From Candidatus Ozemobacteraceae bacterium (GTDB lineage Bacteria > Muiribacteriota > Ozemobacteria > Ozemobacterales > Ozemobacteraceae), in the NCBI GenBank assembly GCA_965140445.1, contig OZ223236.1, positions 4,096,001-4,160,000 on the forward strand: a stretch of DNA of 64,000 bases, read 5' to 3'. Positions 46,462 to 55,111 of the stretch are shown in pieces. Both the position numbers and the translations under genes were made by a program. Each line of letters starts with the position of its first letter. Position 1 is the stretch's first letter. Under the pieces are notes generated by a model. It was not told where the DNA came from and did no database searches. It saw nothing but the letters and a program-made list of their open reading frames with translations.

Positions 46462-46490
46462 TTGACAAGAACATTTATTAAGAGTAGTTT
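46462..46490 (+). promoter_or_regulatory. Putative sigma70 promoter immediately upstream of the ABC exporter start codon
   Basis: TTGACA-17 nt-TAGTTT; ATG lies 9 nt downstream. Confidence 0.5.
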
Positions 46491-46499
46491 GTTGCAACC

Positions 46500-48302
46500 A
46501 TGACAAAGTCAGATGACCAAACTCAGCAAACCCCATTAAAAAAAGCATTAGAACTCCTTTTGCCCTACAAAATGGAACTCGGAGCCGGACTCATCTCATT
46601 GATCATTGTAGACGTTGCAGATGTTCTTCCACCCTTGCTTATAAAATATGCTGTTGATGGCATAGAAAGTGGTAAACCGCTTAATTACATTTTGAAAATT
46701 GCAGGAGCTATTGTCGCAATAGCTTTCCTTCAAGGTTTTTTCCGATTTCTTTGGCGAAAATTCTTTATAGGAACGAGCCACAAAGTTTGCTATGACCTCC
46801 GCAAGGAAATGTTTGGGCATCTACTTAAGCTTCCGTTTCATTATTTTAACAGAACCAGAACTGGTGACATTATGTCTAGAATGACTAACGATCTCCAGGA
46901 AATTCGCATGATGATGGGAATAGGAATTTTAGTTTTTCTGGATGCTTCTTTCTATTTTTTAACAATCCCTGCTCTGATGATTTATTTATCATGGGAACTT
47001 ACTTTAAAAATACTGCTCCCAATGCTCTTACTGCCATTTCTTGTTCATAAAGTTAAACAATACATTCACAAATACTCAAGAAATGTGCAGGCCAGCCTTT
47101 CAGACATATCTTCTGTTGCAGAAGAAAGCATATCTGGCATTAAAGTCGTAAAAGGCTTTGCAATTGAAAAAAGTGAGAATGAGAAATTTGAAAAAGCTGG
47201 ATTGAATTTTCTAAACAACAAAATGAAATTGGCTTTAATTGAAGCAATTTTTCATCCCACGATTATGATGCTTATGGCTGCCACAATGATTATCCTCATT
47301 GTTTCCGGTGGGAAAATGGTTATAACCGGAGCTATGACCATAGGCTCCTTTATCGCATTTCAAACCTATCTTATAAAACTTGGCTGGCCGATGATGGGTA
47401 TTGGATGGGTTATCAACCTCTATCAGAGAAGTATGGCATCAATGGAAAGATGTCAGAAAATGCTCGAAGAGATCCCGGAAGAGGCCTTTCCAGACAATAA
47501 AGAACCTGAAATAATGTCCGAAGAAAAAAAAGTGCCCCAGTACAATCAAATTCAACTCAGAGTAAAAAATCTTAGCTTTAGATTTGCAGACGGCAATCAT
47601 GATTGTCTAAAAAATATCAACCTGACCCTTAAAAGCGGAGAAGTATTAGGAATAACAGGACCAATAGGAAGTGGAAAAACCACATTATTACGACTATTGA
47701 TGAGGATTTTTGAGCCAGAATCTAATCAAATATTTTTAAACGAAACAGATACAAAAAACCTTAGCTTGAATGATATAAGAGGGCTTTTTTCCTATGTTCC
47801 TCAAGACACATTTTTATTTTCAGAATCCATTAGAGAGAATGTTCTTTTCGCTCAAGACAATAAAGACGACTCCTTATCTGCACTAAAATTTGCAGAAGCA
47901 GCTGGTTTGAAAGCCGACATTGAAGATCTTCCTGATGGCATAGAAAGCCTATTGGGAGAAAGAGGCGTAAATCTATCCGGAGGGCAGAAACAAAGAATTG
48001 CTCTTGCGAGGGCAATTGCTTGTGAAGCTCCGATTTTGGTTCTGGACGACTGCACCAGTGCTGTAGATGCCGAAACAGAGCAATTCATACTCAACAGTCT
48101 AAATGCCAAAGAAGAAAAAAAATCACTGATTATAGTTTCACATAGGTTGGTCAGCTTAAAAGAGGCTGATCAAATCATATTTTTAGATAATGGCACTATT
48201 ATCGAGCGTGGCACCCATACTGACCTGTTAGCACAAAATGGAAAATATGCAAAGCTCTGGGAAAAACAGATGTTAAGTGAAAAACTGGAGTCTGAAGCAT
48301 GA
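46500..48302 (+). CDS. Heterodimeric ABC exporter subunit (MdlA/YheI-like)
   Basis: TMD + GPIGSGKTT, LSGGQKQR, degenerate Walker B LVLDD. Confidence 0.93.
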   Translation: MTKSDDQTQQTPLKKALELLLPYKMELGAGLISLIIVDVADVLPPLLIKYAVDGIESGKPLNYILKIAGAIVAIAFLQGFFRFLWRKFFIGTSHKVCYDLRKEMFGHLLKLPFHYFNRTRTGDIMSRMTNDLQEIRMMMGIGILVFLDASFYFLTIPALMIYLSWELTLKILLPMLLLPFLVHKVKQYIHKYSRNVQASLSDISSVAEESISGIKVVKGFAIEKSENEKFEKAGLNFLNNKMKLALIEAIFHPTIMMLMAATMIILIVSGGKMVITGAMTIGSFIAFQTYLIKLGWPMMGIGWVINLYQRSMASMERCQKMLEEIPEEAFPDNKEPEIMSEEKKVPQYNQIQLRVKNLSFRFADGNHDCLKNINLTLKSGEVLGITGPIGSGKTTLLRLLMRIFEPESNQIFLNETDTKNLSLNDIRGLFSYVPQDTFLFSESIRENVLFAQDNKDDSLSALKFAEAAGLKADIEDLPDGIESLLGERGVNLSGGQKQRIALARAIACEAPILVLDDCTSAVDAETEQFILNSLNAKEEKKSLIIVSHRLVSLKEADQIIFLDNGTIIERGTHTDLLAQNGKYAKLWEKQMLSEKLESEA

Positions 48303-50074
48303 GATCCGGCAATTCCTATTTCAACAGCGATGACATAAATAAAAAGATCTACGATCACCGCTTGATGATGCGAATTATTCCATTCCTGAAGCCATACAGC
48401 AAAACTTTCTTATTGGCGATTTTTTTAACGTTTTTTAGTACCCTTTGTCAATTAACGGTTCCGTGGGTCGTAGGAAGAATAGTGGACACCGCTCTTAAGC
48501 CTAAAAACCTGGAGAATCTATATTATCTCGCCTTTATTTATGGTTCGCTTAGAGCAGCCGCATTTTTTGCCTACTTCGGGGAATCATATTTTCTTCAACT
48601 TTCAGGACAGAAAGTACTTAATGATCTGAGAAATAAAATTTTCCGACATATGCAAAGTCTTCCTATGACCTTCTTCGATAAAAATCCTACAGGTAGACTT
48701 TTAACCAGAGTGACCAATGACGTCGTTACTCTGGCTGAATTGTTTTCTGCCGCTCTGGTAAATGTTCTTGGCGATTTAATGCAAATAGTTGGAATTACTC
48801 TTGTTATGCTGGGGTTAAGCTTAAAACTTGGCGCAGCGACTCTTTCTATAATGCCTCTACTATTTATTACAGCATGGTTTCTTACAGTAAAAATGCGAAT
48901 TACCTATCGCGATGTCAGGGCAAAACTAGCCCAGCTGAATACTTCAATTGTTGAAAGCATTTCAGGAATGGGTGTCATCCAGGTTTTTCGCCGTCAATTT
49001 GAGCGTGCCGGGAAATTTAATAAAATGAATGAAAGCCATAGAGAAGCTGAACTAAAATCAGTCTTTTACAATTCATTCTTCCGACCTGTATCAAAAGTTA
49101 TTAATGCGCTAACCACCTTTATAATAATTGGATACGGGGCCTATCTCTCTCAGCAGGGGCAGGTAAGCATAGGTTTGCTGGTTGCCTTTATCGGGTATAT
49201 ACAACATCTCTTTGAACCGATCCAAAATCTTAGTGAAAAAGTTTCCGTTTTCCAAAGTGCAATGGCATCTGCGGAAAGAATTTTTATTCTTCTTGAAGAA
49301 ACTCCTGAAGTTGATGATGATTCAGCAACTGACTTTATTGGCATTAACAAGTCAATAGAGTTTAAAAATCTTAACTTTTCCTACTCCAAGGATAAGCCTG
49401 TTTTAAAGGACCTTAGCTTCCGCATAGAAAAAGGAGAAAGAGTTGCAATTGTTGGCCATACCGGAGCAGGCAAAACTACTATCGCCTCAATCTTAAAAAG
49501 ATTTTATGAAATTTCCGATGGCGATGTTCTCCTGGATAATAAGCCTTTAAAAAGCTTTTCAAAAAGTAGTCTCAGGCGAAAGATCGCACTTATACAGCAA
49601 GACGTGTTTATATTCTCAGGTTCAATTATTGATAACATATTGCCTGGCCAGAGTGAAAAGAACCACGAAAAAGCGCTTGGAATTATAAAAGAACTCGAAA
49701 TGGAAAACTTTGTAAAGAACCTTCCAGAAGGCCTGGACACGGAGATCATGGAAAGAGGTAGTAACTTATCATCAGGGCAAAAACAACTGATAGCCTTTTC
49801 CCGCGCAATGGCATTTGAACCAGAAATATTGATCCTGGATGAAGCAACTTCCTCTGTTGACACTGAAACGGAGCAGGTTGTTCAAAAGGCTATTTCAAGG
49901 TTAACATCAAACAAAACCAGCATAATTATTGCTCACCGACTATCGACAATAAAAAACTGCGATAAAATTATAGTTCTGCATCATGGCAGAATGATTGAGC
50001 AAGGCACACATGCCGAGCTCTTAAACAAGCGTGGGCACTATTATACCCTGAACAAAATTCAGTTCTCGGAATAA
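48299..50074 (+). CDS. Heterodimeric ABC exporter subunit (MdlB/YheH-like)
   Basis: TMD + GHTGAGKTT, LSSGQKQL, LILDEATS, IAHRLSTI. Confidence 0.93.
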   Translation: MRSGNSYFNSDDINKKIYDHRLMMRIIPFLKPYSKTFLLAIFLTFFSTLCQLTVPWVVGRIVDTALKPKNLENLYYLAFIYGSLRAAAFFAYFGESYFLQLSGQKVLNDLRNKIFRHMQSLPMTFFDKNPTGRLLTRVTNDVVTLAELFSAALVNVLGDLMQIVGITLVMLGLSLKLGAATLSIMPLLFITAWFLTVKMRITYRDVRAKLAQLNTSIVESISGMGVIQVFRRQFERAGKFNKMNESHREAELKSVFYNSFFRPVSKVINALTTFIIIGYGAYLSQQGQVSIGLLVAFIGYIQHLFEPIQNLSEKVSVFQSAMASAERIFILLEETPEVDDDSATDFIGINKSIEFKNLNFSYSKDKPVLKDLSFRIEKGERVAIVGHTGAGKTTIASILKRFYEISDGDVLLDNKPLKSFSKSSLRRKIALIQQDVFIFSGSIIDNILPGQSEKNHEKALGIIKELEMENFVKNLPEGLDTEIMERGSNLSSGQKQLIAFSRAMAFEPEILILDEATSSVDTETEQVVQKAISRLTSNKTSIIIAHRLSTIKNCDKIIVLHHGRMIEQGTHAELLNKRGHYYTLNKIQFSE

Positions 50075-50131
50075 TGAATTATTGCGCCAGATGAAAGTGA
50101 TATTGTAAAGTTTCCTATCCGGAGAAATTAA

Positions 50132-50809
50132 ATGACAAAATTTGCAAAATATATTGAATCTCTAAGAGAAACCCCTGGAGAGAACCTTTTCAATCCCTGG
50201 TGGGAAAGAGATGAAGACAATGACGATTATACAAATTCGCCTGAAATAAGAAGACATCAGCTTAAGACATATCTGGAAGAAAGGGAGACTTCTACACGAT
50301 TTCTTCTTGTCGCTGAGGCTCTTGGTTATCAGGGAGGACATTTTACTGGCATAGCAATGACCTCTGAAAGAATTATTACAGGAAAAATGCTTCACAAAGG
50401 CATTAAGCCCGAACATGTTTTTACAAAAATAGAGCCAACAAGAACAAGCTCAGAGACAGCAAAAAAAGACGGATTTTCAGAGCCAACAGCAACTATTGTC
50501 TGGGGACATCTATTAGAACTGGGTTTGGACCCCTACTCTTTTACGCTCTGGAATGCTCTTCCATGGCACCCTTATAATCCAGCAAAAGGTTTATTGTCAA
50601 ACAGGACACCATCAAACAAAGAGATGGAAGCCGGATTAAAAAAGCTGGAAGACCTGATCTCTATTTTAAAACCTGAAAAAATAGTAGCGGTTGGGGAAAA
50701 GTCTTCTGTACAGCTCCAAACCCTTGGTTTAGAATTTTCAAAAGTCAGGCATCCAGCCAATGGCGGTGCTGGAAAATTTCGCGATCAGTTTTCTGAGCTA
50801 ATGAAATAA
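50132..50809 (+). CDS. Uracil-DNA glycosylase superfamily protein
   Basis: LLVAEALGYQGGHFTG, SEPTATIVW, WNALPWHP...NRTP, VRHPANGG. Confidence 0.85.
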   Translation: MTKFAKYIESLRETPGENLFNPWWERDEDNDDYTNSPEIRRHQLKTYLEERETSTRFLLVAEALGYQGGHFTGIAMTSERIITGKMLHKGIKPEHVFTKIEPTRTSSETAKKDGFSEPTATIVWGHLLELGLDPYSFTLWNALPWHPYNPAKGLLSNRTPSNKEMEAGLKKLEDLISILKPEKIVAVGEKSSVQLQTLGLEFSKVRHPANGGAGKFRDQFSELMK

Positions 50810-50820
50810 AGAGGAAAAAA

Positions 50821-51282
50821 ATGGCAATTTATCTTGTTCAACATGGCGAGGCTAAGTCAAAAGAAGAAGACCCGGAAAGACCACTTTCAGCAACGGGGAT
50901 AAAAAATGCAGTACATATGGCTAATATTGCAAATTATTACATGATCCCAGTGAGCAGAATTTTGCATAGTGACAAATTGCGATCCATTGAAACAGCGACA
51001 ATCTTCAAGGAAAAATTGAATTGCGATACACCACTTGAAAAAGTAGATGGTATCGGTCCAAATGATGACGTCATAAAATTTTCTGAAAATTTGTGTCCCA
51101 ACTCAAATTTAATGATTGTTGGTCACCTTCCCTTTTTAAATAAATTAGCTTCATACCTTCTTACCGGGTCAATTGAATTTCCTATTTTTCAATTTCAAAA
51201 CTCAGGAATCCTTTGTCTTTATAAATTAGATGATTCAAAGTTCTGGCAAATAAAATGGTCGTTTTTACGAAATATCAGCTGA
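50821..51282 (+). CDS. sixA: Phosphohistidine phosphatase SixA
   Basis: IYLVQHGEA, RPLS, HSDKLRSIETA, MIVGHLP. Confidence 0.88.
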   Translation: MAIYLVQHGEAKSKEEDPERPLSATGIKNAVHMANIANYYMIPVSRILHSDKLRSIETATIFKEKLNCDTPLEKVDGIGPNDDVIKFSENLCPNSNLMIVGHLPFLNKLASYLLTGSIEFPIFQFQNSGILCLYKLDDSKFWQIKWSFLRNIS

Positions 51283-51384
51283 TTTATTGAGCTCGACGAT
51301 CTTGAGCCTGCAAGTAGAAAAATTAATCCAGAGTGTTTCTGACAAGTATTCTGTCCCAATTTGCTGTATTGCAAAATTTCAGGG

Positions 51385-51413
51385 TTACGATTATCTCTTT
51401 TCTGTGATATAAT
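51385..51413 (+). promoter_or_regulatory. Putative sigma70 promoter
   Basis: TTACGA-17 nt-TATAAT with extended -10 TGn. Confidence 0.55.
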
Positions 51414-51465
51414 ATTGCAATTAATTTAGCACCTGTTGTGCAATTCACATTTAAGGAGTCAGGCA

Positions 51466-52194
51466 ATGCACGTGGAACATCACAGATGGTACAGTCAGAA
51501 TATTGGTCACGATATGGATATTAAGGTTTATGGTCATTACGGCAGACCTCTCATCGTTTTTCCATGTGCTGGCGGCAGTTTCAATGAATTTGAAGATTTT
51601 GGAATGCTCGACATTGTTCGACAACACGTTGAAGAAGGAAAGCTGAAAATATTTTGCGTAGACAGTTTAGACAATGAATCCATCTTGCGTAAAGATGGAC
51701 ATATGGGTGACAACGTTTTCCGACATGAAGCTTACGATAAGTATATCGTTCATGAAGTTGTTCCTTTCATAAGAAATCATTGCCACGGAGATTGGAAAAT
51801 AGCTCTTACTGGCAACAGCATGGGCGCTTACCATTCAGTTAACTTCCTTTTGAGACACCCTGACGTATTTGACGCATGCATCGCGTTGGCTGGGGTTTAC
51901 ACGTTGAAGCAGGTTATTGGCGATTATTTTGACCAGAACGTGTATAACAATTCTCCACTCGATTACCTCCCTGGATTAAATGATCCGTGGTTCATTGATC
52001 AGATTCGCCAGGCAAAGATAATTGTATGCACAGGCCAAGGTCCTTGGGAATATCCAGAAGATTCCTGGCGCTTAAAGGCAATTTTTGAAGAAAAAGGAAT
52101 CCCGGCATTAGTTGACATGTGGGGTCATGATGTAAATCACGATTGGCCGTGGTGGAAAATCATGCTTCCTCAATTCCTTCCTCATATTTTATAG
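51466..52194 (+). CDS. Esterase family alpha/beta hydrolase
   Basis: YGHYGRP, GNSMG nucleophile, HDWPWW. Start ATG 51466 after aaggag. Confidence 0.88.
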   Translation: MHVEHHRWYSQNIGHDMDIKVYGHYGRPLIVFPCAGGSFNEFEDFGMLDIVRQHVEEGKLKIFCVDSLDNESILRKDGHMGDNVFRHEAYDKYIVHEVVPFIRNHCHGDWKIALTGNSMGAYHSVNFLLRHPDVFDACIALAGVYTLKQVIGDYFDQNVYNNSPLDYLPGLNDPWFIDQIRQAKIIVCTGQGPWEYPEDSWRLKAIFEEKGIPALVDMWGHDVNHDWPWWKIMLPQFLPHIL

Positions 52195-52214
52195 TCTATA
52201 ATTCTGGGAACGAA

Positions 52215-52970
52215 ATGAAACAACCAAATTACGAAAACTATGCCTTTTTCTATGATCAGTTTGAACTAGCCGGTTACGGTGAATCAGAAGGCTTCAACCA
52301 GTTTCTTGAAGAGCTTTTTCACTCCAATCTGGTTAAGACTGTTTTAGACTTTTCCTGCGGAACCGGAGCTCAAGCAATTGGCCTTGCCCGCAGAGGATTT
52401 AAGGTAACTGCTTCTGATCTAAGTTCTGCGATGCTTGATTATGCGAAGAAAAAAGCGGGAAAGCTGGATATAGAATTCGTTAATGCGGATATGCGAACTG
52501 CCAAATTAGGTAAGTTCGATGCTGCCATTTCAATTTTCAACTCCATTGGACATCTTTCAAAAAAGGACTGTTCTATCTTTTTGAAAAACGCTTGTGACCA
52601 TCTTATTCCCGGAGGAATCTTTGTTACTGATATCTTCAATTTCAAGGCCATGCAAAATGGCGCTTTTGATGACTACAAGGATTTGTCCAGACAGGTTGAA
52701 ATTGAAGGAAAACTTGTTCATCACGTAAGACACTGCGATCTTGATGAAGAAACTAAAACCATAACTACAATATCAAGAACCTATTCACAGGATGGAGTAA
52801 ATGACCCGCAAATCGTTGAAGACAAGTGGGAAATGCAGATTTACAATCCAGAAGAAATATATGAAATGTTGGAATCGGCAGGCTTTTCCGAAATTAAAAT
52901 CTTTGGCCCATATGCAGAAGAATTTAATCCATTAGAATCGGAAACCATGTTGATTTTCTGCCAAAAATAA
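52215..52970 (+). CDS. Class I SAM-dependent methyltransferase
   Basis: VLDFSCGTG, DLSSAML, ADMR, FDAAISIFNS, HLIPGG. Confidence 0.9.
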   Translation: MKQPNYENYAFFYDQFELAGYGESEGFNQFLEELFHSNLVKTVLDFSCGTGAQAIGLARRGFKVTASDLSSAMLDYAKKKAGKLDIEFVNADMRTAKLGKFDAAISIFNSIGHLSKKDCSIFLKNACDHLIPGGIFVTDIFNFKAMQNGAFDDYKDLSRQVEIEGKLVHHVRHCDLDEETKTITTISRTYSQDGVNDPQIVEDKWEMQIYNPEEIYEMLESAGFSEIKIFGPYAEEFNPLESETMLIFCQK

Positions 52971-52988
52971 ACGAAAAGGACTTATAAA

Positions 52989-53267
52989 ATGGCTAAAGCA
53001 AGAGCGAGACACATACTTGTGGAATCAAAATCCGACTGCCTGGATCTTCTAAATCGAATCAATTCCGGAGAAGATTTTGCAGAAGTGGCAAAATCTCATT
53101 CAAAATGTCCATCAGGAGCAAAAGGTGGAGATCTTGGTGAATTCGGCCCTGGAATGATGGTCAAAGAATTTGATAAAGTTGTTTTTTCCGGTGACATCGG
53201 AGACATCTACGGACCTATCAAAACTCAGTTTGGCTTTCATTTAATCGAAATTCTTAGTCGAGATTAA
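52989..53267 (+). CDS. ppiC: Parvulin peptidyl-prolyl isomerase
   Basis: ARHILV, HSKCPSGAKGGDLGEF, TQFGFHLI; 92 aa. Confidence 0.95.
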   Translation: MAKARARHILVESKSDCLDLLNRINSGEDFAEVAKSHSKCPSGAKGGDLGEFGPGMMVKEFDKVVFSGDIGDIYGPIKTQFGFHLIEILSRD

Positions 53268-53280
53268 AAATAAAACAATT

Positions 53281-53314
53281 AAAAAGTTTCTGCATAGCAG
53301 AAACTTTTTTTTTT
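53281..53314 (+). terminator. Intrinsic terminator
   Basis: AAAAAGTTTCTGC-ATA-GCAGAAACTTTTT plus T-tract. Confidence 0.85.
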
Positions 53315-53392
53315 GCTCATTTTGCATTTTAAGATTAAACTATGAGTCATTAATGAAAATTACTTTTCGCTAATAATTTAAAATTGGATGAA

Positions 53393-54238
53393 ATGATGAA
53401 AATAAAAGTCTGGGGCAGCCGGGGAACACTACCAACGCCTGGCTCTGGTACATTAAAATATGGTGGCAATACTACCTGCATAGAAATAAAAAACCAGCAT
53501 GGATTTAGAACGATTGTTGATGCTGGATCTGGTATAAGATTACTTGGAAAAGAGATTTTGAGCGACAAGTCCTGTGATGAAATGTGCCTGGTTTTAACCC
53601 ACTCCCATTGGGATCACTTGATGGGTTTTCCATTCTTTGTGCCTGCGTATTTCTCAAAATATAAAATTAGTGTCTGTGGTGTTGCCTCAGCTAAAAATTA
53701 TATGAAACAGTCATTGGCAAGACAACTTGAAGCCCCATATTTTCCAGTGGATTTTGAACAGCTTAAGGCCCAGTTTTCCTTTGAATGTTCTTGTCCCGGG
53801 AATGGTTTTTGTAAAAGAATTATAACTGAAACCATAAGCTTAAACCATCCAAACGGCGGCTTTGGATATAAGTTCACAGAAAACAACAAGGTTTTTGTTT
53901 TTCTGACCGATAATGAACTTAGGGGCAACCACGAAGGTGGTAAATCTTTTGAAGAATATGTTGAATTTTGTAAAGGTGCAGATGTCCTTTTTCATGATGC
54001 CCAGTATACTGACAAAGATTACGAGAAAACCATTGGCTGGGGACACTCCACCTTTAATCAGGCTGTAGAGCTTGCTCTGAAAGCTGAAGTAAAAGAGTTA
54101 GGTTTCTTTCATCACGATCCAGACAGAACAGATGAAGACCTTGATTCAATAATTGAAAAACATCGAAATTCACTTTCACAAAAAGGTTCGAGTTTAAAGT
54201 TATATGGCGTTTTTGAAGGAATGGAAATTGACCTGTAA
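53393..54238 (+). CDS. MBL-fold metallo-hydrolase (phosphodiesterase-like)
   Basis: WGSRGT, YGGNTTC, THSHWDH, NHPNG, HDAQY, WGHS, HHDP. Confidence 0.9.
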   Translation: MMKIKVWGSRGTLPTPGSGTLKYGGNTTCIEIKNQHGFRTIVDAGSGIRLLGKEILSDKSCDEMCLVLTHSHWDHLMGFPFFVPAYFSKYKISVCGVASAKNYMKQSLARQLEAPYFPVDFEQLKAQFSFECSCPGNGFCKRIITETISLNHPNGGFGYKFTENNKVFVFLTDNELRGNHEGGKSFEEYVEFCKGADVLFHDAQYTDKDYEKTIGWGHSTFNQAVELALKAEVKELGFFHHDPDRTDEDLDSIIEKHRNSLSQKGSSLKLYGVFEGMEIDL

Positions 54239-55035
54239 TGGAAAAGATATTTGCCAGCCTGGCCAATCGATTTAACCCAGACTCAATTACGGCGGTGGTG
54301 GTTTCATACACGCCAAATGTAGTTTCGGCTTTTTTAACTTTTATTATTTTCTGGTTTTTGTGGAAGCTCCTGGCAAATGGCCTGAACTTCTTTATCAAAA
54401 AAACCTCTCTTGATAAAACCCTTTCCGGTTTCTTTCAGGATGTCCTCAAATATTTAATTGTGGGCGCAGGTCTGCTTTCGGCTTTAAGCGAGCTGGGAAT
54501 AAACACAGCATCTCTTTTAGCCAGTTTGGGTGTTGCAGGGCTAACCATTGGTTTTGCGGCCAAGGACACCCTCTCAAATCTAATTTCAGGACTATTTATA
54601 TTCTGGGATCGCCCATTTGCTATTGGCGATATTGTAGAAATTGGAAGTGACTATGGTCGAGTTTCTGACATTACATTACGTTCAACAAGAGTGGTAACCC
54701 CAGATGGAAAAATGATTGCATTGCCAAATTCAAAGGTAATCGCATCAGTTGTTACTTCTTATACTAATTTTCCCCATCTGCGAATAGCTACAACATATTC
54801 ATTTCCAGCTACCGTTAACCGAGCAAAAATTAGAGAAAATTTTACAAAACTGGTTAGCAAAGATCCCAGCTTTCTAAAAAACCCTGAGCCACAAGTTCTT
54901 GTTGAGACAGCTGACACTACCAAGGTTACACTGAAGTTTCTGGTGTGGATACAAGACGAGAAACAACACCAGATTCTGGAACACCAGTTAAGAGAATCTG
55001 TTTATGATACTTTTGTGGAGCAAATGAAAAACTAA
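54238..55035 (+). CDS. mscS: Small-conductance mechanosensitive channel
   Basis: LGVAGLTIGFAAKDTLSNLISG, RPFAIGD, ITLRST, LPNS. Confidence 0.9.
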   Translation: MEKIFASLANRFNPDSITAVVVSYTPNVVSAFLTFIIFWFLWKLLANGLNFFIKKTSLDKTLSGFFQDVLKYLIVGAGLLSALSELGINTASLLASLGVAGLTIGFAAKDTLSNLISGLFIFWDRPFAIGDIVEIGSDYGRVSDITLRSTRVVTPDGKMIALPNSKVIASVVTSYTNFPHLRIATTYSFPATVNRAKIRENFTKLVSKDPSFLKNPEPQVLVETADTTKVTLKFLVWIQDEKQHQILEHQLRESVYDTFVEQMKN

Positions 55036-55111
55036 CCTTATGTAATGCATTATCTACCATAAAATAAAGTCATAATTGGATAAGCAAATTGTTGAGAGGG
55101 ATTAGACTCCT

